Shown here: piece after piece, positions 13,901-27,762 of the stretch
How positions within the stretch are numbered: position 1 is the stretch's first letter
How the letters are laid out: each line of letters starts with the position of its first letter
Assembly: GCA_047967505.1 (NCBI GenBank)
Contig: CM106538.1
Reading direction: 5' to 3' (one strand)
Length of the DNA: 64,000 nt
Origin: Dipteris shenzhenensis
Lineage: Eukaryota
Program-made: the position numbers and the translations under genes
The notes under the pieces: model-generated
The model's input: only the letters and a program-made list of their open reading frames with translations
Database searches by the model: none
What the model was told of the DNA's origin: nothing

Positions 13901-15350
13901 TATTTATGACTTGGTACATTAGTGCAGTGAGCCTCCTGCTATACTATGGAAAAGCACTACAAGGCACCACCTCCATAAACAGACCCAACAAATAGGATGT
14001 AGCTTAAAATAGTGGGGGGATGAGTGTGGAACCTTTGAATAGATGGTTTAGAATTTAATTGTGGCTGAAGGTAAGCTCACAAACCTAAGGATGAAGCAAG
14101 TAGAGGAAGCTCCATCTGAAGGATAAAGGGATCTAATTAGCAAAGGACTCAGCAAAGAAGAGAGCAATAGAAACCCATCAATCCATTAGCTGTACCAAAT
14201 GCTTGAAGCCCAGGCCATGCATTAAGGTCATCATGACCATGTGCATGAGGCAGCAGGTGATAACAGCCAAGGACTGCGATAATAGGCAATAAGGGAAATA
14301 GCACTACATGATAAAAGGAGTCAAAGGCAAGGGTTGACATGGTCATTGAGGCTCGTGCCATTACAAAGGATGCCACCATCGACCTTGCACATTGTCAAAC
14401 ACTATGAAATAAATGTTGATTATAGTGTCCAAAGTTTTGAAATAATGATCGAAAAGTGTGGCTACTTGTGTTCATAAATGTGTCAAAATTTTGATCGAGG
14501 TAGCAAAAATAGCATGGAAATATTTAAAGATAGGGGCGCATATTTTGACATTGGTTTTAATTCTAATTTTTGTGTTTTTGTCTCCCCACTTTTTATAGTC
14601 TTTTTCTTTTTTCTAATCCAAAATTTTCATAAGAAATCCATTTTACTTCGAAAATGTGAAAACAATACGTAATAGCTCTAACTTGGAACCATTACTCACA
14701 TACTACACTAAAAGAGACAACATGAGTTATTGGTTCCTTTGTGTGCTTGATGTTCATGAGTACTGGGAATTGAATTAAAAATTTCCTCCTATGATAATTT
14801 GCTTGATGAATCCTTCGATTAACATCACATTTGGAGCATGGTAACCTTGACAAGCGCCAGCCATATTATGTGCAAACTATCATAGTAAGAGTGGCCCTTT
14901 CACATTGCTATTGTGACCAAATTATTAGCTTAATACCTATAAAGATTATGTAATGGTTCACGGCACAAATCTAGAAAAAAAGTTTTCTTTTGAATTGGCC
15001 GGATGTTTTTTTTAAAATTGAAATAAAAAATGTTGTAAATCAAATTCCAACCAGCTAGTTAAAGGTAATCAAGGTAACCACAATCCCCCTCCTGAGATCT
15101 CCATCCAAAATCAAAACATTCACAATATTTGAAGCTATCAATCACCGAATGAGACTACTCATGTTGCAAGAATAGAAATGATACAGAGTACACTATACTA
15201 ACACGGGAAACCAAATGGAGGTCTCAAGTACCCACTTTCAAACAAGATAGAGTTAGCTGGTTCCCGCATAGTTACATGAGAGTGGAGCATTGATATCTAA
15301 CAGACAAGATTAAAAACCAAACAAAAAAGTGATGGTGTGGATGAATATTG

Positions 15351-15352
<2 letters not shown>

Positions 15353-15389
<37 letters not shown>

Positions 15390-15417
15390 AGAGACAGACA
15401 AAGAGAGAGAGAGAGAG
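15353..15417. repeat. (GA)n microsatellite
   Basis: Direct reading of the sequence. Confidence 0.95.
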
Positions 15418-16873
15418 TCAACCACTTTAAAGTCTGCATTCAAATCCATATTGGAGCTGATGAGGAGAAGAAAAGTATCAACATATTGTCCAATAGGAAA
15501 AACATACTTCCAAGGATTCTTAAAATGCCTAATTTTTGCTTTGCCCAATTTGAAGCATCGCTAAGGCTACCCAGAGGGTAGGCCAATAATGAGTGCTAAG
15601 CTTACTAATCTAGAGTATGTGGATCTAAGTAGAGCCATGCCCTTTACTCATCTTTGGCATAATGTCCCATGTCTTAGCTTAAAGATTTACCTATATTTTG
15701 GAAAAAACTAAGCTCTGTAAAAACTAGTGGATGAACTTGGTAAGACTTAGTATGTCCCAAATAAGCTGATGGCATGAAAGCATAGAGCTAGTGGTGTAGA
15801 GAGGGGAAGACGAGGAGTTTCAAGACAATGATATCCGGTGCAAGTGTGAGCACTCTAAAGTATTGGCGGGACTAAAAACTCAACCCAAATGTAAGAGCAA
15901 GGCTAGAAATGTGCCACTGGTTGCTCTTAAGGCTTTAATCCTGCGTAGCTTTGGTGCTCAAATTGGCCCTCATTTTGGAGGGTATAGATTTGAGCAATTT
16001 TGAGTCCAGCCAATCAGAGATTTCCATTTGGCTCTAACCGTTGCCTTCAATGCTGCTCCATCAATCTAAAGCTCACAAGCTACTCTTTGTCCAGCTAATG
16101 AAAAATGGTCACCTACAAACTCTGCAGCACTACAGCTCATACATAGCTCCTTGTAGATTGTCAGATGTTCCCCAAAGCTCAACTAGATGCATTAAAGACT
16201 CAAAAATAGGAGTTGGCACTTCAGAGTTGCACCAAAGGCACATTATCGGCTCTAATACTATCCGAATCAGAAAGTTCTTGGTAAATGGTGAGCAATCTAG
16301 AGGTTATAAGTAGAACCAAGTTCATTCCACCCACCCATGAATGAGAGGAGGTAGGCTTATTAAAGAAATTTTAGTCACATGTTTTTAAATTTGAGTGGAC
16401 CTTGGCACTTTATGTAGTTTTATGGAAGCACCTGCCGACCCTGGCACTTTATACACTAAGCAATCCCACTAAATTCCTAAATGCATGTCGAATGAGCATT
16501 TGGGTACTGGAAAGTGAGCATCTAGATTCTTTGCACTATGGAATTCAATCTCATGACACCTTTCGAACTCTAAACTGAAGCCCATGTCAGTCCACGAGAC
16601 TCAAAAATATTATTCAGCATGATTGGATTGGTGGGGTGGGGTACATCAGTGTTTTTGGATAAGGGCAAACCGAGCATTTTTGCTTTTGGGTAGGCAAGTC
16701 ATAGAGCTGGAGCGTTGTTGGCTCTATGAATGCATGGAAATGGATAACCCAGGAGGAGACAAATCAAACCACAGTGCTAAAACAAGGTGAATTATATTTA
16801 ATCATTCAGAAGTCTACCCAAGATAAAAAAAGAAACCACTGGAGATGGTGTGGAGGAATACTGCAGGGGATAA

Positions 16874-16874
<1 letters not shown>

Positions 16875-16914
<40 letters not shown>

Positions 16915-17191
16915 GGGGGGGAGTGGAGCAAGAAAAGGTGGAGATAGTGTGTAGGAAGACTTCACAAATTAAAGAAAGGGGGGGAGAGAGACAGACAGAT
17001 AGATAGACAGACAGACAGACAGATAGACAGAGATAGACAGAGAGAGACAGAGAGAGACAGAGACAAAGAGAGAGAGAGAGAGAGAGAGATAGAGGCAGAG
17101 AGAGAAAGAGAGAGAGAGAGAGAGGGGGGGTAGGGGGAGCGAGAAAAGGTGGAGACAGTGTGTAGGAAGACTTCACAAGATAAAGAAGGGG

Positions 17192-17264
<73 letters not shown>

Positions 17265-17292
17265 GGGGGGAGAGAGGGGAGAGGGAGAGAGA
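16875..17292. repeat. Compound (GA)n/(GACA)n/poly-G microsatellite with internal duplication
   Basis: GA, GACA/GATA and G runs. The block AAAAGGTGGAGA..GTGTGTAGGAAGACTTCACAA repeats at ~16933 and ~17143. Confidence 0.9.
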
Positions 17293-19599
17293 GTCAGGCA
17301 CTTTAAATCCTGCATTCAAGTCCATACAGGAGCTAATGAAGAGAAGCCAAGTATCAACATATTGTCCAATAGGAAAAAAAGCACTTCCAAAAGTTCTAAA
17401 AATGCCTAATTTTTGCTTTGTGCAATTTGAAACGTTTTTTAGGCTACCCAAAGGGCAGGCCAAAAAGTCTAGCATTGCATCTTGAGGACACACCTATGCA
17501 TAACCACCACAGAGCTTCACTACCACACCACAACTTCCAACACTCTGCATAATTAGAACATAAGGACAAAGGAGATATGAATCCTTGGTAAAGTAATGAG
17601 CCACGATGTAGCAACCTTGAGCATTTGGACCGATTCTTCTTTCATCGCAAACAAGATCCACAGTAGGTAAGACTGCCATGCAGTAGACGACACAAGGACC
17701 TAGAAGGTTGGGGCGGTAATCTTGGCCATAATAGAAAAATGCAGTTGATGTGGGATTGAGAAATATACGTAGTCTGCAAATTTATAACGGGTTAGTTTTA
17801 CACAACATTAGCGTTTTCTTGTCTCCAACCTTCTTGCCGTCGGATTTCTCCAAGGGGATTTTTATCAGTAGCGTAGGTGGAGCAATAAACAAATGAGACA
17901 AGCATCAAAACAAAGAAATCAATCAATGAGATGAATTAATTCAAGGTGGAGGGGATGGAAAAACCAATCAAGTAAATGAGACCAACCTCATCGTCTTTCA
18001 AGTTTCAATGAGACAAACGTAATGAGACCAATGAGACAAATTAATTCAAGGTGGCCAAAAGCTCATGTCTATCAGTAGGGTGAGGGGATGGAGCAATCAA
18101 TCACATCAGATGAATTAAAGTGGAGCAATCGATTCATATGAGACCAATTAAAATAAGAGTGCAGAAGTGCGAGTGGGCACTCCCTAAATGAGTTCAAGGA
18201 ACCAAAATTTTAAACAGCATTGGCTATTAAAGGTAGGATGTCCAATGATCCACATCAATGGTGAATTTTTAAATGGCATTGGGCTATTAAAGGTAGGATG
18301 ATCTCCATAAATGGGAATTTGAAACACACAACTTACATGTGGAAATTCATGCAATCTTTCACTATAGCACTACCTCTAAGAAAAACTAAAAAGGTGGCAA
18401 AACGCTGCTTTTAATGAAGTTTTACATGAACGGAAGCCTAGATAGATAGCACAAAGACTAAAAGCTAACTTAACATTTTAAGTCATTGAAAATAGATAAA
18501 AAATATAAAAGATAAGGAAAATCCCCTAATGCAAGAATAAAGGTAGATAGATGTGGACTGTTAACATCGAATGTATGTTGTGGCTGGTGGTTCAGCTATT
18601 TGTCTTATGGCCCTTTGTTCATTTGAGTTTGTAGTTTCTAAATAGATAGGGTAGAGAAAAGTGAATGTGAATTGGGGATGTGCGCAAAGTGTGAGGACAA
18701 GGGGACACACAAAACTTAGAGCAAAACAAATGCTTAAAGAGAGAAGGAAGGGAACTGTGTAGTTCCAATAGTTCTTCTATTGTGAGTCTATCACTTAGCC
18801 ACGGCTTGGATACACTGAGCTTTATGCTGCACACTACACACTAAGCATGCTTACTTATAAGGAGGATCCTAAAATCTAGAAGGACATACCACCAAGAGAC
18901 CTTTAATGAATTTAACCTATAGTAGGTTAGGAAATATAACATGATTTAATAATGAGATCAAATAGGGGAAGAGGGAGTCCAAACACTTGAACTCTAGATC
19001 CTCATATCCATGACTCTATTTTAACATTTGTGATGGGTACTACCTCCCACATTTATAATGGTTTGTATTTCCCTTGTCAAAAGAGATGGCACCTTTACAT
19101 TGTATCGGTTTGGGCTTACAATCTATCCCCGAACATATCTTCATGGGAGGCCTGTGAGGACATCCTTTTTTGGGTTGGTTGATGCAAGGGTTGGTCCCAA
19201 TTTGATTGGCAAGAACACATGGCGACCCTTACCTACGATGACTGCACCTTGTGATCATGATCAATGCCAAGACTTTAACTACGTCATCTTCTAAAGAGAG
19301 AAAGCAAGGAGAGCAGCTGACAGACCCCACAGTTCCACGAGATATTCCCACCGTAGCCACACCCAAGAAGGCATTAAATCAATCACCTACTGCTTTTTGC
19401 GCTTTCCCTTTAGTTTTACCAAGCTTTCAGTCATTACCTGCTACGTTTACGAATGGATACTTGAAGGCTGAAGACACCGTTGCCATGATGAATGCTGCTG
19501 TGAGATTGGCCATAGGACAGGCCCTCTCCACCATCTATCCATCATCTCATGCAGGGTTCATGGTTCAAGCCCCTGTAGGAGTCCAGTTGGTTGAGGCAG

Positions 19600-20123
19600 G
19601 TTATCATGTCTCTTTGGGTGATCACGCATGGAAGATTACTAGAGGCAATTTGGTTATGGCTAGGGGATCACGGGTTGGATTCTCTTATGCATTGCATGTA
19701 TCAGGTGTTCAGGATAAGATGCTTATGATTAGTAAGCAGCCATCAGCTAGTTTATGGTATGCTAGACTTGGACATATGTCTACTACAGGTATGGAAGCCA
19801 TTACAACATTGAGATACATTCCTGTTATGGATGTCTCTCAAATTTTATGTCATGATTGTGATGATGATCAGCAGTCAGGATCCTCTTTTGTGAGGAAGAC
19901 CATCAGTGAGAGGTATGTTGAGCCATTGCAATTGGTTCATAGTGCAGTTTATGGGCCTATGCCTACCGTTTCACTCGGTGGCGCCTCTTACTTTGTGACA
20001 TTTATTGATGCTGCTACAAAGTACATATGGGTATATCCAATTCGGCAGAAGCATGATGTATATGATACATTTCAGTGCTTCTTGGGTAATGCTGAAAACC
20101 CTAGCAGCATCATGGGCACATAG
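19600..20123 (+). pseudogene. Ty1/Copia GAG-pre-integrase and integrase fragment
   Basis: LWYARLGHMS and PLQLVHSAVYGPMPTVSLGGASYFVTFIDAATKYIWVY occur in ORF 19251-20123. The first catalytic Asp (HSD) is altered and the domain is truncated. Confidence 0.85.
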
Positions 20124-22676
20124 AGGAAAGTGCTCATTCTAGCTCTCAAAGGACTCACACACCAGTTTAATTTCTGCTTTGTCCAAATTGCATCGTTGCT
20201 AAAGCTACCCCCAAGGGGCAGGTCAAAAACTAAAGGAAAGAGCAAGGGTACAATTCAGGTTGCTCACTCTCCCATTACATCTATGAGAGATAAAACTACA
20301 CTCCCAAAGGAAGCAGGGCAAGCATATGCCAACAAACAAAGGATCAAAAGAAGCACCACTCCAAATGTGGATAGCAAAGTGATTATTGCAAGCCCATGGA
20401 TCCTATGAGGGAAAAACCTTCATATGGGTGCCCAAAGGACCCACTTTTCAAGCAATCACATGCGATGCCTTACATCATTCCAGCCTAGACCCCAGTAGTC
20501 ATACAATAGGTTGCCTCTCTCAAAGAGAGGTAGTAGCACAAGAACCTACTATTGGGGCCACAAGGGTTAGTACAGCAAAGGTGAAGCCATAAGAAACACC
20601 CTTGTACCCCTAAGTCATTATTATACAAGGATCGATGGGTCGAATAATGGCAGATACACAAGAACCTATCTCTAAAAAGGGGGTAGTAAGACAAGAACCT
20701 ACTGCACTCTAGGCCAAGATCAAAGCTCAATGGGTTCTGAGGCACCCTGCCCCACAATCAAATTCAACATCAACGCTCCATCAACGTCCACAAAAGCAAC
20801 ATACACGATGGATCCACTAGAACCTACCACTAGAACGTACCACTCATCCTATAGCACCAACATCTGAGGCACACAACAATGCTTTGTCCAAGTCACCTAA
20901 AACCCAATGCATTCTTCACGTTCGTGTCGAACTCTAGGTGGTGCTCCAATAAGTGGAATCAAACACTAGCGAACATGCAGCACCACTTCTACAGGCTTCC
21001 TACACACTGTTCACAAGTGCCATGAGCAAATACATCACCTAGAGGGATTCTAGGTATTTTCAAAATTAAAGCTCCTAGTCCACCATCCATGCACAGGGTC
21101 TAGGTGAGAATAGAACAAGGTCAAGTCAGTCTTTGACTTCCACAATTTAATCCACCACTCCGTAGCAGGTAGTCCATCATGGCTAGGTGACTAGGCTCTT
21201 GACTAGTCTCCATTTGTCCACTCACACTTCAATCACTAAGTCTATCACATGGCTCGGGACATACTACTCACTATTCTTCTATCATGATTGTCTGCACCAC
21301 TTCATTTGTACACTGCACACACCAAGGTGAAGTCCAGCAGAAGTTCCCACAATCAAAATCATCACTAGGGTCTTCAAAACTGAGTCACTACTATAACCTT
21401 AATGCAACGACTGCCTCACTCGCTACACTAAAAAATAACACCACTCTTTGCCATAAATAATGCCACCCAATGTGCTAAAAGATAATCCCAGTCGCACCAC
21501 CATAAATAACGATACCCATTGCTATATGGATAAAGCACCCACCTCTAACGTAATGACACACCATCCCAATAAAGCCAGCCGATGCTTTAAGAATGTTTAC
21601 CCACTACTTTAATAATGCTAATTTGTTGCTATAAACCCAGATTAATGCCAATCGTTGCTATAATAAAGCCAGTTGCGGTATTCGCTAAAGCGACTCGTTG
21701 CTTTAACAGGTGCCCTATATAAACAACCTGCCTCATTTCTAGGAGCTCACCTTCTGTCATATTGAAACTCTGCCGAATTTTTCTTCCAGTTCTCATAGCT
21801 CCCAAAAGCCTCCAAAATGATTCCCGCTCACCATTTTCATAGATGTCCACCATCTCCTCCCACTCCGTATCTGCTCACAATCTCTTCTCCATCAACGATC
21901 TCACTGAAGTCACTTCCACCCTCCAGCACTGAATTACCCCTCCTCCTTCCATAAAATCTCTATTCCCCTACTCAAACAAATGGACCAACAACAGTAGCAA
22001 GAGCCGGAATCATCTGCCTAGCAATCTACCATACGTACCCTCCAAAAAAGATGGATACCGGACACTATAGAATTGCACATTTTCTTCGAACATAGGGTCC
22101 AAGTTACAAGGTTGCAGCTACACGGGATCATCTTGCACTCACAGTTTTGGCATAATCTTAAATATTACAGATTGTATTACCACAACACTACGGCGTACAT
22201 GGCCCTGCGAGATCCCAAAGTGGAGCCATACATCAGAGCAGTTGGGCTACAAACAGTGGCAGATAAGTTCCCCTGCCACCTCAATCTTAGACAGGTTGCA
22301 GAGTTTGTAGCTAGCTCTAACAAGGCGACAAGCACCAGGAGCTAGGTGCATGCAGATGATCAGCTTCACTACTACCACTTTATGGTGGAGACCATCTAGT
22401 GAGCATTTGACCTACCTGTTGTTGAGAGTTCATGCTCAACATCATGTGATCACATGTGCATAGCACCATCATTTGATCATATGTGCATAGCACTAACCTT
22501 ATAGAGTGCTATAAAGGAAGGGGTTAGATCCCCTAACCCTAACCCTAAATGGGTTTGTATATATTCTATTTTTTCAACTAAATCTAGTGTACAGTTAGTC
22601 ATTTGTGGTGTGCTCTCTAGCTGTGCCCTCTCTCCTCATCTCCACTCTTCTCCTCTCCCCTCTTCATATTTTGTCA

Positions 22677-22688
22677 TGGTATATGAGC
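22677..22688 (+). promoter_or_regulatory. Primer binding site (tRNA-iMet type, degenerate)
   Basis: TGGTATATGAGC directly follows the LTR-terminal CA; the canonical plant form is TGGTATCAGAGC. Confidence 0.8.
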
Positions 22689-25110
22689 ACCCTTTCCTTC
22701 CACTAAGGCATTGAGATCCTTGAGAGTGTGAGATTGAGAGATTGAGAGGTAGTCTTTCATTCCATTCACTTCCGTTGAGTGAAGGATTTTTGTTCATCGA
22801 AAGAGAGAAATTTCCTTCTCATTTTGAGAAGAATTTCCATCTATGGAGAGAGATATTTCATGAGAGATTTCCGTCCAATTCATTTGAGATTTCCTTCATT
22901 TGATCTTTATTGATTAAAGAGAGAGAGATAAGTAGTGCTTGTTAGTATTCTTCCAGAGAGACCTTGAGTGTTTTTTTTTAGTACAGTAAGGTTCTTTGTG
23001 ATTGAATCTCCTGTGTGAGAGAGGTTCCTGCACCTTCTACTACTCTAGCTGCAAGGCTCCTAAGCACTCCCATAGCATGCTCCAATGAGCCTCCATCTCT
23101 GCGACTCAAGGACACTCCTCTGTTTTCCTCAAAGCAACGAGCCACCTACTTCGAAGAGTCAAACAGCTTGGATGGCTGAGGGCTGCAACACCGGTCATAG
23201 CTTGCCTTTAATGCCTCTCCTTCCACGCTCCTCTTGCGATGGCTCATGGTAGCAACCTCAGCCTTTATAGCGACCTACAAACTCTACTAGGAGCCTCTAT
23301 AGCGCACAGTGCATAGCCTCTCCAAGAAAGCTACTTCGCCTCCAGCAACGACCAAAGTTCACAGAGCTCCAACTCACCGTGGCTCCCTCTCCATGCACAA
23401 CAAAGCTTAAGCTCACGGGCCACCTCCATTGATAGCTCGTCCATACGGAGGCCGCCTCATGACAAGCGGCTAGCTCCAAAGTGCTCAATGCCTCTCCAGT
23501 GCCAACAAACTAATGACCGGCCAGCTCTGCCCTAGCAATATGACCTTCATACGGGCTCTACAGACTCTCTGAGATGTAAGCTTAGCCAAAAGCTAGCCTT
23601 CATCCATGGGACTCTAGACAACGCGTGATGCCTCTCCATTGTCATCAACCTTCAACGACTACACGGGACAGCTCCTTTTTTTTTTCATGGCAAACTACAT
23701 GCCTTTCCAGCAGCCAAACGGCCGCCTCTGCTCCAAAGCTAGCCACGCCTCTACACCAGAGACTCCACGGGCAAGCCCCTCTCTCCACACAGCAACAAAC
23801 GGCTCTGCAGCCTGTCGCGGCCATCAACGAAATCATCCAGATTCTTGTAAAGATTCTGGTGCCTCTCCAACCGACACGTGGCAGATCAAATCTAACCAGG
23901 GTTAGGTGAAGATGAGCTTGGGTTAGGCTATTGATTAAGAAGAGCTCCACGTGGCAACCCTATCCCAAGGTAACCACTCAACACAAGAGTTTGACACGTG
24001 GCAGATTATCTACCACATCAGCAAGCGTGCCTAGCTGCCATGTCATCTACCATGGTGGTAGCCACATCATCACCCCAGCTTAGTAGGCCACATCACCCTA
24101 CCAGCTCATCAACCATGTCATCACTACCACATCAGTATAGCCACATCATCATTGCCATGTCACCTTTGTTGACATCATCATTTACCACATCATCAGTGCC
24201 ATGTGGCACACTGGACCTCTGCATGTGACCACTCCTACCACCTCAGTACAGGGCTCCACTAGCACACCTCTTGCTAGGCATAGTGCCACATCATCTCTGC
24301 ATGTGACCCACAGTGACACATCATCATTGAGCACCATTTGCACTCCTTTTGCCCCTCCACCTAGATCAAGTCATATCTCTTGATCCAGGAAGAATTTGAG
24401 GGAACTCCAAAAAGGAAAGTCGCTCATTTTTTCGTGCTCTACTCGCTCATTACATCATGCACACATTTCAGTGCAAGTTACACTCACATTTGAGCCTCAC
24501 CCCGACAAAACCACTTCCTTCATGCACATTCGCCTCTACATCGATGCATCTGACCTAGTACTTAAAAAGAACAAAAGAAAAGGAATTATTTATTGTTCTT
24601 TCATTGATCGACGATTGGTATAGATCTAGATCAGAGTAGACTAGATCACCATAGAGGGGACACTTTGAATTTCCCCAAGTTGCCAATCTAAGCCATGCCC
24701 AAAATTCTTGACTAGTACCTACTCGGAGTCAGTCCATATGCTCACATACGGTTTCACATCATTACATTACCTGAAACCTTACATTCATCAGTTCAATGAC
24801 CAGACCTTAGAGAGTATAGAGGCATTGCAGATTGTTTAAGTGGGCAGATAGCACTTGATTTCACACACACATGCCACCATTGTAAAGCCTATTCGATTAT
24901 CTCATAGCATCATGCACATCATTTCAGCCTTGTAAAGCCTCTTGGCTATTCCCGGCATCATTGCCGCAAGCATTGTAAGACAGATTAGATTTTATATATT
25001 ACAGTTCTATCTTCACCGACGGTTTAGAGACTTCACTTGGCACAATCAGTGTATTTGCAGTTGATTCATACAGAGATTTTCACGACACTTTTAAGTACAT
25101 TCCTTGCACC

Positions 25111-27762
25111 ATGTCTATGACTAGCAACCTCAATCTGGAGGCATCTGCTAAGTTAGACAACTCCAATTATGGTACATGGAAATACCGAATGGAGACCATT
25201 CTTGTACTTCAGGACAAATGGGAGTATGTCAAAGGGTCTACACTAGATCATTGGACGATCTAGCCACAAGTAGCTCTACTCCATCTATTGTCACATCACC
25301 AGCAACGGGATCTATAGCTACACAAATAGTTTCTGCACCTGTAGCAGATCCTGCCATCACTCGAGCTCAGGCAGAATGGGATAAGAAAGACAAGTACGCC
25401 TATCATCTGATCAAGCACAATGTGCAAGATGTCATGCTAGGATAGCTCAACACAGTCAAGACATCGAAAGAAGCATGGGATATGTTCGCAGCTCTCTACG
25501 AGTCCAAGAACACATCCAGAATTCTCACACTAGGAAACTAGATCAACTAGAATTTCCACAACAGCACCGAAACCAATTATGCTTATGTACTCCGCATAAA
25601 AGAGTACAATAATCAACTTGCAGCAGTAGCAGGAGAGACTATGAACCCCGTAGAAATGGTTCAAGTCATCTTGAATGGACTAGGAGAGGGATATGAGAAT
25701 CTAGTCCAGAGTATTGCAATTCAATGGCAAATTCCAACATTGGAAGAACTTCAGTCAGTTCTACTTGGTGAAGAACTCAGAACTCAGGCAATTCAAGCAC
25801 ATAAAGGTCATTCTAATGATCAGGCATTCATAGCTTCAGACAGAAGCAAAGGTAGAGGTAGAGGTAGATCATATCAGAGAAGTAGTCATCATCAGCAACA
25901 AAATCAAAGTCAACATCAACATCAGCATCAGCATCATCCTCAGCAGCATCAAAATCAGCATAGAGGAAATCATTCCAACCGAGGAAGATTTCAAGGATGA
26001 GGAATGCATCCACCAACGTGTCAAACATCCACTGCAATTACTGTCACAAGTTTGGACACTATGAAAGAGATTGCTGCAAGAAGCAGTACGACCAAGGTGG
26101 TCAATCCAGTAGTAATCGAGAGGGAATTTTCGAGGTAGAGGAAATCATCATGGTGGACATTCTAGTCACAGTCATTTTGCAAAAGAACATGGAAATATGT
26201 TTCTTGCAAGTGAGGAAATGCATCAGACTGATACAATGTACCCAGACACTGATTTCAATCCCGAAGAGGACTTCAGCTATCAAGTCGATCAAGTGGAATA
26301 GGATCCTTGGTATATCAATAGTGGTGCATCATCTCACATGACAAATCATCAGGAATGGTTCACAGAAATGAAGCCATTAGAAGATCAAAAAAAGTCATCT
26401 ACACAGCAGACAATACACCAAATCCAGTTCAAGGGATAGGTGTTATCCCTATGAACAATTTCACTGGTACAAAAGGATTGGTGGAAGATGTGCTCTATGT
26501 TCTGAAGCTCAACAAGAACCTTTTGTCATAAGTAGGACAAATGACGGAACACAATTACAGAGTCATCTTCGACGGTTATGAATGCAATATCAGAGATAAA
26601 TCCAAAAGATGTCAGCTAGTAGCAAAAGGTGTCAAGGAAGGATGCTTATATAGAATGCTAGCTATAGTACCAAATAAGCATGCCATGTCAGCTCAACCGC
26701 AATAGATGCCACTATCTACAAAATGGCACAAGAGACATGGTCATGTCAACTTCAAGTACTTGTTAGATCTTAGGAATCAGAATATGGAAATTGGGATCCC
26801 AAAGCTATAGTTTCTTGGCTCGGGGGGGTCACTATGTATAAACCCTCTATATCATGTGCGTTCAAGGCCTATATTTTAAATCCCTTATCTGTAAATTTTT
26901 TCATTAATAAAATGTACCCCTTTTCTATACAAATCTGTAAATTTTTTCCAAAACTATTTTAAATAGTCCCTTATGTATATTTATTTCTGTAAATTTTAGA
27001 AATAAATAATATCCTTTTGTTGAACTCATGTGATAGGGTTACATATGATGAGTGACCCCCCCAAGTTTCTTGGAAAAGTTTGCAAAGCATGCTACTTCGG
27101 CAAACAAAAGCGAACCAACTTTGGCAAAAGTACCTCTCGTGCACGAGGTATTCTTGATTTAATTCATACAGATGTATGGGGTTATGCCTAGACCCGCAGC
27201 ATCAATGGTTCACTTTACTACTTGACTTTCATCGACGACTATAGTAGATATTGTTGGGTCTACTTTCTAAAAGAGAAATCTGAAGTGTTTTTCAGATTTC
27301 AAGAATTCAAAGCCATGGTAGAAAACTCGACAGACAGAAAGATCAAGCTCATGAGATCAGATAGAGGAGGTGAATACATGTCTTCAACATTCATGAACTT
27401 TTGCAAAAATCACGGCATTCGAAGATAATTCACATGTGCAGATACTCCTCAGCAAAATGCAAGAACTAAAACAAAGAATGGGACTTTAGCAGACAGTGCT
27501 AGAGCAATGCTTAGTGAAAAGCATCCTCCGAATCAATATTGGGCAGAAGCAATAGCTATAGCAAACTACTTGCTTAATCGGCTTCCTACCGAACTCATAC
27601 AGGGTATGACTCCTTATGAAGCAGTCACTTGACACAAGTCACGCATTGGGCATCTCCGCATATTTGGTTGCATAGCATATGCTCAGATACATGATGATCA
27701 TCATAGGAAATTGGATGCAAAGTCATGCAAATGCATCATGGTTGGCTATAGTGAAGAAAGCA
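25111..27762 (+). pseudogene. Copia gag-protease-integrase polyprotein pseudogene
   Basis: Gag KLDNSNYGTWKYRM, zinc knuckle CNYCHKFGHYERDC, protease WYINSGASSHMT, integrase LIHTDVWG / TFIDDYSRY / RSDRGGEY / LRIFGC / KLDAKS. Several stops and frameshifts. Confidence 0.92.
26819..27065. mobile_element. 247-bp MITE with G7-containing TIRs and an 8-bp TSD
   Basis: Ends are CTCGGGGGGGTCACT and AGTGACCCCCCCAAG. TSD TTTCTTGG at 26811-26818 and 27066-27073. It interrupts the Copia coding region just before KVCKAC. Confidence 0.92.

Noticed and set aside
18560-19026. Possible solo LTR ending ...TTTTAACA
   Set aside because: No matching TG start with a consistent TSD was found.
22531-22549. True or interstitial telomere
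   Set aside because: Only three units, and they are part of the Copia LTR.
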